Of a stretch of DNA of 64,000 nt, positions 50,851 through 61,302 are shown one piece after another. Position 1 is the first letter of the stretch. Every line of letters begins with the position of its first letter. Below the pieces are notes generated by a model that worked only from the letters and a program-made list of their open reading frames with translations, had not been told where the DNA came from and ran no database searches. The translations under genes and the position numbers were made by a program. Origin of the DNA: Gonapodya sp. JEL0774 (taxonomy: Eukaryota); the NCBI GenBank assembly GCA_027604505.1, contig JADIIX010000028.1, positions 124,001-188,000 of the forward strand, given 5' to 3'.

Positions 50851-51350
50851 ATCTTGATTGATGACCCGGACTAGCGATTCAAGCTCGTGGAGTAGAGAGA
50901 GCGCCGGAGGAGGTGGGGGGAGTGGGGGGTTAATGTGGGGCAGTGGTGGTGTGCGATTGGTGGTGGACGTGCGCACGCACAAACAGAGACTGTGTACACG
51001 TCTGCAGGTGTACTTTTCAAAATAGTAATGTAGTTGTTTAGCCACTTACAATACATATGGTGCTTCCTTCTTTCCGCACAGAATCCACACGTTAGCGGTT
51101 TGACTTGGGTTCCCCTGCAAGCTCGTGGCCTGCGGCACTTCAGATCCACTGACCACCAGCACTCACAGTTGGGCGCACACATCGCGTATTTTTAGCTCAG
51201 AGATGAATTTGAATTGTATTTGGTTTGTATTACAGTGTAGCGCGCTTATTCTATGCTTCTCTAGTACGACTCGTGAATATTGAAACCTGCATCAAACACG
51301 CTTCGACATAGTCTGGGACCCGCTTCTGCACAACTAATGGTATAGGAATG

Positions 51351-51361
51351 NNNNNNNNNNN
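51351..51361. other. Assembly gap (11 N) followed by poly-T and poly-G runs
   Basis: Run of N with adjacent homopolymers. Confidence 1.
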
Positions 51362-51483
51362 TTTTTTTTTTTTTTTTTTTGTGTTTGTTGGGGGGGGGGG
51401 GGGGGGGGGGGGCGCCCCGTGATGACAACCTTTTCGGGAACTGCTGTAAAAGGGCCCGTGACCAACTCCACCATAATTCTATA

Positions 51484-51930
51484 ATTCGTTTCTGCAGACT
51501 TTCTAAACAACGCCGCGAATAATGATGAGCACTTGTAAAATGATGATAAAATTTCAATATTGTATTGCGTACATAAAATAGACTCCACCGCTCCTGCTCC
51601 TGGGGTTAGTCCCGATCCTGCACAGGCATTTCGTGCTACATTCCCGACTCCGGTTTGCCCAACGCACCACACGCTCTATCCCCCGGGGCCACCAGAGCGA
51701 AAAACTCACTAAATTCCGTCTGTCCCAGTCTTCCCCCTGCGCCCCCCTTGCGCCCCCCCCCCCACCCCCCTCCCCCACACACACCTTCCTCGCTCCACCC
51801 CTGGACCCCCCCCTCGCCGGACCGCGCCCCCCCTCCCGTTGCCGACCACCTGTTCTCCCCAACCATTCAACTCACCTGCATCTCCCGCCGTTGTTCCATA
51901 TGTCCAGGTTTCCATGCTGACCACGATCGC
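51484..51930. repeat. Dispersed direct repeat, copy 1 (paralogous to 60689-61302)
   Basis: Shared blocks ATTCGTTTCTG..GACTTTCTAAACA, TGATGATAAAATTTC.ATA.TGTATTGCGTACATAAAATAGAC, GCCGACCACC and ATTCAACTCACCTG..TTTCCATGCT. Confidence 0.9.
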
Positions 51931-52694
51931 CGCGGCCCTTAAATCACCCGTGCCCGTTCCCGCGGGCTGCGCTGCTTGACTGTTTGTGCAGAAATGCCGT
52001 CCGCCAGTGATTCGCCTCTACTTGAGGGCGGCCCGCCTGTTCGCCAATCACGGTGTCATTGTCGTCCCTAAGCTCCCCGTCCCGGATGTCCCTTGGTGGT
52101 TTCTTTTCGCCGTCCCGTTCCCGTTCTGGCCCGCGACTCCAGTCCGCTCCCCGCCACGCTCCTACAGCCACTCCATTCGACCGTCGGCGCTGCTTCCATT
52201 ATTAGGTCTCCGCTCATGGGTCCCGTGTTCCCTTCACTTCGTTTCGTCCATTAAGGAGGTGCGTGTTTGTCTGTCTTGGAACACGTGAAGACTCGGAATC
52301 AGCACAACGCTCACCAACGACATATGCTCCAAAATACCATCACAAACCACGTTGTTACCCAGTCTCGTATCCCCTGTCTGTCTCCTCTCTTCCTTCTGCG
52401 TCCCTTGTTGCCGTCACCGTACTCTTCCGTCACGACGAACAGTATGTGCGGGAGAAGCATAGTGGACATAGCAGTGTCTACGACGTTCGGACAGGGGAGA
52501 GCGACGAAGACGGTGAGTGGAAGTCTTGGCGGGGGAAAATATGGCGGAAGGACAGAGTAGTGGGAGGATGGGGGTTTGGGAGTCTTTCATGCGACGTGAG
52601 TACCCATAAATACCATATCATCACCTCAGAGCTGTACTGAGCTCCCACTCCTCCCGCTGCATGATATCTCCCACAATCCACCTCCCTCCTCCAC

Positions 52695-54390
52695 CTACTT
52701 GACATCAAACGTGACTGCAGGGACCATCTGCTCCGCCACGTGCATTCCAGTCCTCGTATGAAGTGTCAACTCCCCACATCGAATGACAGAAGGGCCTCGA
52801 GCGAGGGCCATGAAGACGATGAGTCGGTCTTGAAGGTACTCGTCCACGCATGTACCGAGGGCGAGTTGGGAACCGAATGATTCTGCGGCTTCGGTGGCGC
52901 GGTCAGACGGTGTGGTGGGAGACGGGCGTTTCAAGAGGGGATAATGTGCAGATGTGGCGAGAAGGCAGCAGGTGGTTGTTCGAGCAACGAGGCTGGTGTG
53001 GGTGGAACGGACACACAAGGCGTTGACATACGTGAGTAGCAACATCGTGATATATGACGTGGATTGCAACCTGAGCTCACAGTATTCCTGCACCTTCCCC
53101 TCCCACACAAGAATGATTTCCGTGTTCCGTCCTCTCAAAGGTAACCTGGGGAACCTCATCGTCGTGTCCGTTCTGCCCCGCGCTGCCATTCTCACCGTGA
53201 GGATTACCTGCATAGATTGGCGGGTGCGCCTTCCGGAACACCCGACGAGCAGTGCGCTCCATTTCCTCGAGCACATTCGCGGGTACACTAGGGGATCACC
53301 AAGCGTAACTGACGATTGACGCTCGTTTGAGTTTCGTCGAGAGCTCAGCTAAGAGCGCCAAAGCCCCCTTTGGCAAAGCAGGGGCACTCACCCTGTCAAA
53401 GATTCGACTCTACCTCTGTCAACAATAGAGAATCCGTGCAGTAGTTACCCACTCTCCAAACCCCTCACATCCACGACGACCTCCCCTCCACCTCAAGGGT
53501 GGAGGCCTCTCCGCACAACACCAATCTCACACCCGCGCTGTCACTCCCGGGTTTTAGTCCGAGCTTTCCATGTACCACCTCATGGAACACTCTGGAGATG
53601 TATTTTATCCGAGGCAAGTGGTTCACGTCGGTGCCTCCTCGCAACACTAGTCGAGTTTGCCCAGAGGTGAACAAAGGACGGGGAGGGAGCCTTGGATGAG
53701 CAGCGACGCGGAGCCTACGGTACCGGTGTCTACTACGTATGAACAAGTGGGCGAGTCATCAGAAAGAAAATGCTGGGTGGTGTAAGCGGACGTGGAGCTT
53801 CCGAGAAACGGTGGTGGTGTTGGTGGACCGTTCACGGGGAGATCGTTCACCTCTCCGGATTTCATCAGTGGCGGGAACAAAAGTTCACACGAGTCGACTC
53901 GAGATCCGAAAATCGTGGCATGTGAGACTTCGGCGACGAGATTGACGCCTGTCATGTGTTGAGAACGTAGATCTGAATGGTTGAAAACAGATGTTTCAGG
54001 ATGCACACAGGTTCGTGAAGCCACTCCTGGTTTCCTAATACAGCAGCGAGGGATGATTCAGAATGAGCTCACCGGGCTTTTCTCTGTTCTTTCGAATATC
54101 GCGGATCCGAACAGGGCTACCCAAGATGGCGGCGTATGCGAGCGAACGTCTCAAGACTACACCGTCGATCCGCGAACACCATGGGTAGAAACTCCCACAC
54201 TTGGAAAAACTCAATGATTCACGCACTCTCCACCGGCCTCGAGAATACCTTCATCGATTTCCATACGTTCCCGTCCGTCCCTGTCCCCGTCCTCATCCGC
54301 ATATTGCTCAAGTCCGGGAAGGAGCGCTTTGCTAGGAAGCGCGCGCGATCCACGAGCTGATTTACCAGATGAGTGGCGGGGTTTCGGCAT
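52695..54390 (-). pseudogene. rtcA: RNA 3'-terminal phosphate cyclase (RtcA/RTCA class), disrupted
   Basis: EAGG|..VLRRSLA, IRKNREKPG|LRSQH, DTGTVGSASLLIQ, LRGGTDV, RRGLHP*GGGEV (TGA at 53493-53495) and CVDEYLQDRLIVFMALARG...LTLHTRT. Frame switches occur near 53680 and 53520 without evident introns. Confidence 0.8.
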
Positions 54391-54791
54391 CGAGGTCGGT
54401 GGATCGAGTGAGAATCTGTTGAACGGAGACTTTCCAAGTTCAGAGGCTAGTGATGTCCAGCACTCGTCACACTTCGGTGATTCCCGCAACTCCGAAGTTC
54501 ACCGACAGTACAAATAAGAATGCACATTTGCTACGGAATAGTTTGAAAGTTTGTTATATATGTACGCGTACTGGGGCCACATATCAAGGACGACAGATTC
54601 AAGTCACAAAGCGGACGGCACAAATAAGAATGGTTTCTCGCATGCGAAAGGCTTGACTTTTGTGTTTGAACTCCACATAATCAGATACTCAGCAGCAAAA
54701 ACACCCCAATACATACTTTGATATGAAGCCGACATGAGTGAGAGTCCCAGTACTTCGACCAAGTACACTCAGCATAAATTCTTCCTTGATG

Positions 54792-55423
54792 TTAATCCTT
54801 GCCATTCCAAGCGTTCAAAGCTGCTCCTGGACTTCCGCTCCCCTCCCCCAGTTCAATCTGCATGAGCACTATGTCGATCCACTTTCCGAATTTGAATCCA
54901 ATCCTCTTCAAGTGTCCGACCTGTTGAAAGCCGTTCTTCGCATGAAGCTCTTTAGAGCCACTGTCTGCCGTTCCGATGACAGCCACCATTTGTCTGTACC
55001 CCAACTTTCCACATGTGGGTATCAATCGTTGTAGAAGGAGCGATCCCAGACCCTTTCTTTGGTGATCGCGGTGAACATACACCGAGTTCTCGACAGTATA
55101 CCTGTACCCAAACCTGGGGCGGTACTATGTGCAGACCTATCAGTTCGTGATTTGCTTCGGTAATCAACAAGAGAGACAATCGACCAACTCACAGACGACG
55201 CATAGCTATATCCAACTACGATCTCCGCCTCACCATCTCCAAACGTTGCCACGTACCATGGAAACCCGCCGTCCAGAACCTTTTTCACGCGGTCCTTCAT
55301 TTCCTCCACAGACGGTTCGTCGCACTCCCAGGTCGCCGTACCGGTCCGTACTTCAAACGAGTATATGGTGTGGATTGCGTTCAAATCAGTAGCAAAATTG
55401 ATTGGGCGGATGTGATAGGCCAT
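54792..55423 (-). CDS. GNAT N-acetyltransferase, phosphinothricin/methionine-sulfoximine acetyltransferase (YncA/Pat)-like, 1 intron
   Basis: IY..EVRTGTATWE, VVGYSYASS|YRPRFGYRYTVENSVYVHRDHQRKGLG, SKELHAKNGF..VGHLKRIGFKFGKWIDIVLMQ. Confidence 0.92.
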
Positions 55424-58400
55424 TGTATGGGCGGAGGATGTGCAGTAATTTCAAGTTGGGTGTAGATTTGATACATCCAACAAGTTTTGAGTAGCTTTCT
55501 TACTCGATTCGCCGTGTCTTTCCCGTTTAACTGTTCCGAGGACGACAAATGTAGAAGAGCTCGTTCTGTCTTGACTCTCGCATGCCCAACTAGACTATAT
55601 ATTAGTGATATTGCAGTTGACCTTCTACGCGGTCTCGCTTACACTCCCTTCCCACATTGTTGTTCTCACGACACTGGATTCTTTCCCGAATGCTCGCGGC
55701 TCCCAATCTCGAATGCGGCGGGCCAACAGTTTTGCACGACCCACCACCCACATTGGCACCGCCAACACACATACCTCCCAACCCCTCCACCTACCACTCA
55801 CTGACCATACTCCCATTGATTTTCTTCTGACCTCCGAGGCTGCTGTACCATTCAAGTCCCAGTGCCCCGTCTCCATTGAAGAACTGTGATGTTTTTGTTG
55901 GGGTTTCAGACAAGCGGAGGCGGTGGTGAGTGGAATATAAATTCGAATACAATGAGTGCCGTAGAATCAGAACGTCGGACTTTGGAGGGAGGGCAGAGTA
56001 CAGGGGGCGTTGGTTAATTTGCTTTGATCTGTGTATGGTGTAATCCCGAGACAAGTAACTTAGACAAGATATGGCCAAAATCAATCGGCACTTACACTTA
56101 CATTTGGAGACAATTCGCAACGCCTGCCTCTCGTCAAGCCATCCTCTCAGATCATTGTCATTATCACCGCGATATCGGCACCACGTCCACCCCGGCCTAG
56201 TGGTGCCGAAATTGTTGCTCGGACAGGCACAATCAGTCGAGCAGTAACGTGGTTATGCTGTGGGGGAGGATGGGCAAATGGAACGTCGGCACACCATACA
56301 AGCTGCGGACCGTCCGAAAGTACAGAACATTGACTCGACATGTTGCAAACGAACCACAGTTTGCAGGTCTATCGTCGTTGAAATTCAGGAAGTGCAGTGA
56401 ACATGACTTGTGCGAGATGAGTGTACAGGGACACTTGTACTCCACCGCCGGCTCGTGTGAAGAGGAACCGAGACAGGAAAGTTATAGAATAAATGTTCAC
56501 AAAACCATTGTAAAGTTGAATTGCTTGCGCGGACTCACATGACTATCGAGGCGAGAGCCTGTGTGCTGTGTCGCCTAAAATCCAAACCGCAAGCGATCCT
56601 AACCAGTGCGCGAACCACGGACTACAACCTGCCGGTGACATGGCAGTCTATTCACACGGACGTAGTGCACGCAAAGGATGTCGAGACTGAAACGCGGTCC
56701 AGGGGGCGATGGGTCGCGGAAGCAGACGGTGAAATGGTTGTGTCCTGCTGCGACGAAGGGGGTTGACATCAGAAAAAGGCGCTTTCGATGCGGTCGAGAT
56801 CTTTTTAGGCCTTACCTCGATCTTGAGACTCGAATCAAAGTAATACGCCAATACAACCATCAGTCGTAGAACACATAACGTGACGGAATGGGGACGCGAC
56901 GTGCACGCTGGAGTATAACAAGAAGACGATCGAGTGGGACTCAAATCATTGAGAGAGCACAAGCTTCGAGGGAGCGAGGGCGGGGAATTAGATCTCCGTC
57001 GTGCAGGATGGATCGCGGATTGGGAACTCCCCGCAGAGAAGCGAAGTGTGAAGCACGTGAGCAAGCCATACACAATCAATTACGCGTGAAGCTCACTGAT
57101 TTGACTTACATCACCGGATCATCGTGACAGACGGGGCTTCCGGCTTCGTAGATTGATTTGTCGCTCAATCACACGTCGTCCATTCTCGTGCCGCTATTGA
57201 AAGCGCTCTGTCGGCACCACACAAGAGTTTCGCAGTGTCGTGTACGTAAATCGCTGTGGAAAACAGCCGGGTCTGATACGTTACTTCACGAAGCTCCACT
57301 CACCTTTTGCTCTGAGAACGAAGAACCGCATGGCCTCTTTATCCTTGTAGAATCCAGCGAAAAACTGGAGAAACATATGTTGAGTCGGGCATTTGTTGTG
57401 TCAAATGCAGGTCCGGGATCCTAGGACGAGGAAGGAGCAACTCGGGGCTGTTATCCTGGACAACGGAACGTGGAGGTACGGCACAGACATTGAGACAAGG
57501 AACCAACGCTCACGACTAAATTCTACGTGCTTACTGACCTGATTTGAAGTTATCGAGGGAGATGAGAGCACCACCGGAGACAAACGAATAAGTGGGGGGA
57601 CCAGAAGAACATGATGCCCTGGGCGTCAAAGACACGGAAAAAAGACATCTGAATGCGAGTCAATGAGAAACGCCATTGTGATGGCTTTGGCGGCGAAACA
57701 ACAGTCTCATGCTCACCAATGAGCGTCAATTCGATGAATCAAAACGGGACGGGCTTGTCGCCCCTATCCATCCATATTTTTTATAGAATGATGCCACAAG
57801 ATATTGCGCTGCCCTCTTTGAAGAACGTTCTTGCTCACGAGAACCAGGGTGCACGATGGATTGCCGAGTCGAGCGAACCGTCCCAGGAAGAGCTCCATCA
57901 ACCAGTTCGGAGCGAGCAGGACAAAGAAAAAGGCCTACAGCAGGGTAGTTCCACGAGTCTTCGAGTCCGTCAACCTAGAGCTCTCCGCCGGTACATCGCT
58001 TCACTATCCGATTATTGCACTGTCCCGCAGTGACCACCACGTCTCCGAACTTCTGTCGCCGGTTCATGGTGGATATCGAAATCGTCTTCTGGTTGCTTTC
58101 CGTTTTCGATCCGTCGCATTGCAAAGTACATGTTTCAAGGAATCGGTGCCGTGTCGACCTATCGAATGCGCTACGAATATCTCGACAGAGACACCCCGAG
58201 AAGCGCCGAGCTTCTCGATCGCCTCACAATCTAAAAAACTCTGAGGCGGATACTATATGTCATACCCTTCTATTGGGCGACGGTAAGTCCCGTCTCGACC
58301 AGAAGTCAATTCCTTTCAGACCAGCAAGGCCGGTCATGTAGGCGATCCCTACCATTAAAGAGGGACGGCAATTTCAGCATTATTTTAGGAAGCTCCACAC

Positions 58401-58694
58401 AAAAGTATAGACTCACAAGTGGCAAAGAAGCCTGACCACGCGGCAACAAACTGGCTGATTGCGTAACTTGTGGACATAGAGCCGGCTGATCAATGTTACA
58501 AACTGCAGCAGAGGCAGGGACAGCGAGACAAAACAAGAAGATTCAAGAGCAACAACTGATTAAGTATTATTTGGTACTGGTATTAAAGTATACAATAAAT
58601 GGATCAAAACTCGCCCAAACTGTTGTCTGAATTCTGATTCATTCTCAAAATTTGACTCCCTCCTCCTCGGCCCCTCCCCACCAAACACAACTCA

Positions 58695-60608
58695 CTACAA
58701 CGTCTCTCTTATCTCCTTGAGCCGCTTCAAAATGTCCCCAAACACAGGCCTCTTCGCAGGAAAATGGTCCCAACATTCCTCAACCAACTGCTCCAAAGAC
58801 TCTGGCATGATGTCAGATTCCAGGATCAAGGGTCTGAGTTTACGTCTCCTGTCAGCAATGGAATCAAGAGGGAGCCCATTGAACTCATCCTCACTGTAGG
58901 GGATGCGTCCAGTCCAAATCTGAGAAGATGGCAAGATTAGAAAGGAACCATATTCTTTATTTAGTACTTGACAGAAATGGGAAGCATAAGTACACAAGAG
59001 AGCTTACCCGAAATACTGTGACTCCAAAGGCATAAACATCACCTTTCTTTGTTGCTCCACTCCCAAGCAATCGCTCGGGGGGCATGTAAGCAGATGTTCC
59101 AATCCGCATTCCAGTGGCTTCAGAAGGAGGCAAATCCACAATTTTGGCAGTCCCAAAGTCTGTCACCAGAGTTGTGTAATCATCATCCACAAGAGTGTTT
59201 TGAGGTTTGAGATCAGCATGGACAATGTTTCGGATATCATGGAGGTAAAGCATGCCAGCTGCAATATCACAGAGCTATAGTATCAATATGACTGTTAACC
59301 TTTGATAATAACCTTCACATCTGCTGAAGCTCAAAAGAATACTCACAATACGGAGCTTCATTTTCAGTGTTGCAAACACTGGATTCTTTTGGAGGAAGCT
59401 GACCACATCTCCATTCTTCATGAATTTGGACAAGAAGAGAGGGTGGGAGGATTCCCATGAGGCACCAATGAGTGGGACAATGTTTGGGTGGTATCCAGCT
59501 GTGTGCCATGCCGTAACTTCCCTGTCAAAAGCCTGCAAAAAAGAAATAAGAATGATAAACATGATAAGACAATTGCCATATCCAATTCAGTAGTTCTCAC
59601 AACTTTGTAGCTCTCCCTGGGTTGTTCACTTGGGCTGGTATCCAGGAGCAGGTATTTCCCTGCCACTGTGATTCCAGACCACTCACACTTGTACACAATA
59701 CCAAAGCTGCCTTGCCCAAGTTTCTCACCAACTTCCACATCTGTATGATGAATGTGCCAGACTGGTCTGACTGGGGTTTGTGGTCTGATTTCAGCAGCAG
59801 GTGGTATTATTGGATTGGAGGATGAGATGTGGATGGCAGGTGGAGAAGGTTGGGGTTGAGGATATGAAGGTGCAGTGATAGGTGGAGAAGAAGGTTCGGA
59901 TTGAGGAGATGAGGAAGGTGCAATGATAGGTGGAGAAGAAGGTTGAGTGTGGGATGGGACTGGAGTGGGAGGGTAGAATTGATGGTTTTGGAGCATCTGC
60001 AAGAAACGACCATCTGGCTGTTTGTAAGCAGCGTCGAGTTCCCGCTCAGTGACCACAGCCCCGTGAGAGAGGAGGAGTTTAACTATGGGGAGGGAAGGAT
60101 GCAGAGTGAAGGGAGAGATGCAGGTGTCCTTTCTCTTGTTGGGATCCCAGATCTGCATGTCACCACCCTTGAGACTGATCCCGAGTTGGTTGTCAGAGTT
60201 GGGTAAATCGCCTGTGTCACCGCTGCACCAAGTCTCCTTCCCGCCCCTCGCCACCGCCAGTGTCAACGCTGACGAGAACAAAATCGTCCGAAGCCAACGC
60301 CTCCGGCTCCACCTGTCCGCAGTCCACAATGGCCAGGAGTCTGCAATCTTCCACCCACACACACCGTTCGCATCGGCGCCTCCTTCGAGCAACGCGTTCA
60401 CAATGTCCTCATTCGCATGCAGAATCCCCAACGCCAAGGCCGATTCGCATTCTGCGGTGTCCGTTTTCGTCTCACTCCCGATCCTGCAGGTCAACGTGAC
60501 CCTCTTCCGCGCATTGGGGTTCGCCCCATCCGCTAGAAGTTGTCGCACCCGCGGCGCCTGCCCGTTTTCTACCGCTTCGATCAGTTGGATGTCTCGTGTG
60601 TTCGACAT
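58695..60608 (-). CDS. Ankyrin-like N-terminal domain + Pro-rich linker + TKL-group protein kinase (non-RD)
   Basis: N-terminus LIEAVENG...LLADGANPN and ALLEGGADAN. Kinase motifs LGQGSFGIVY, VAGK, REV, HPNIVPLIG, HADLKPQN, DFG, GTSAYMPPE, DVYAFG and ECWDHFPAKRP. An alternative start is 60686. Confidence 0.9.
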
Positions 60609-60688
60609 GGCAGTTTTCGGTCGGGTTTTCGTGATGTTGACCTTGGGATTGCGTTTTGGTTGTGGTGCTGTGACTGGCTGCGCCATTC

Positions 60689-61302
60689 ATTCGTTTCTGT
60701 CGGACTTTCTAAACACCGTCGCGAGCAGCGACGCGCATTTGTAAACTGATGATAAAATTTCGATACTGTATTGCGTACATAAAATAGACCCCACCACTCC
60801 TGCTCCCGGGGTCCGTCGGTGCCGGTCAACACGCATTTCACGTTAGCTTCCCCTTTGCCCAAGCCCCAACCTACCACACGCTCTCCCTCCCCCGGTCGCT
60901 CCCCATGGTAGAACTCAGCAATTTGTTGTCTTAACTAGCCCCCCGCCCGTCCCCTTGCACCACCGCTCCTCCTCCGGACCCCCAGCTTGGGTTCTCTCCT
61001 TCTCGACCTCGCCCTCCCCCCCTCGGCTTCCCCCACCCCCTCGACAGCCCTCCACCCCACCCGCTCGCTTCCCTTAGTCTAAACCCCCTCGCCCTGGCCC
61101 CCCTCCTTCCCCCTCGGATCCCTCGCCCTCGCCCCCTCCCCTTCACCCCGCCACCTCGCTCCCCTCTTCGCCCCCAACCCCCCCCGCCCGACCTTGCCCC
61201 TCCTCCCGTCGCCGACCACCCGGCCACCCGTTCTCCTCCACGATTCAACTCACCTGTTTCCCTGGTCGCTGTTCCATGTTCGGATTTCCATGCTTGCCAC
61301 GA
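60689..61302. repeat. Dispersed direct repeat, copy 2; immediately upstream of the kinase gene (likely promoter/5'UTR with intron)
   Basis: Same blocks as 51484-51930. On the minus strand both copies have CAG|GTGAGTTGAAT donor-like and GTTTAG|AAAGTC acceptor-like sites. Confidence 0.85.

Noticed and set aside
51362..51412. Poly-T/poly-G as a retroelement poly(A) tail
   Set aside because: The runs sit directly against an N gap, so low-quality contig-end sequence is more likely. No target-site duplication or RT is seen.
51521..51600. C/D snoRNA (TGATGA box C) in the conserved repeat core
   Set aside because: No CTGA box D at a suitable distance is conserved in both copies, and there is no terminal stem.
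14814..55423. GS-like gene plus Pat-like acetyltransferase as a resistance or biosynthetic cluster
   Set aside because: They are about 38 kb apart with many unrelated housekeeping genes between them.
55500..58500. Short ORFs here, and also at 27500-29600 and 61400-63500
   Set aside because: No recognisable motifs or consistent exon chains were found, so they were left unannotated.
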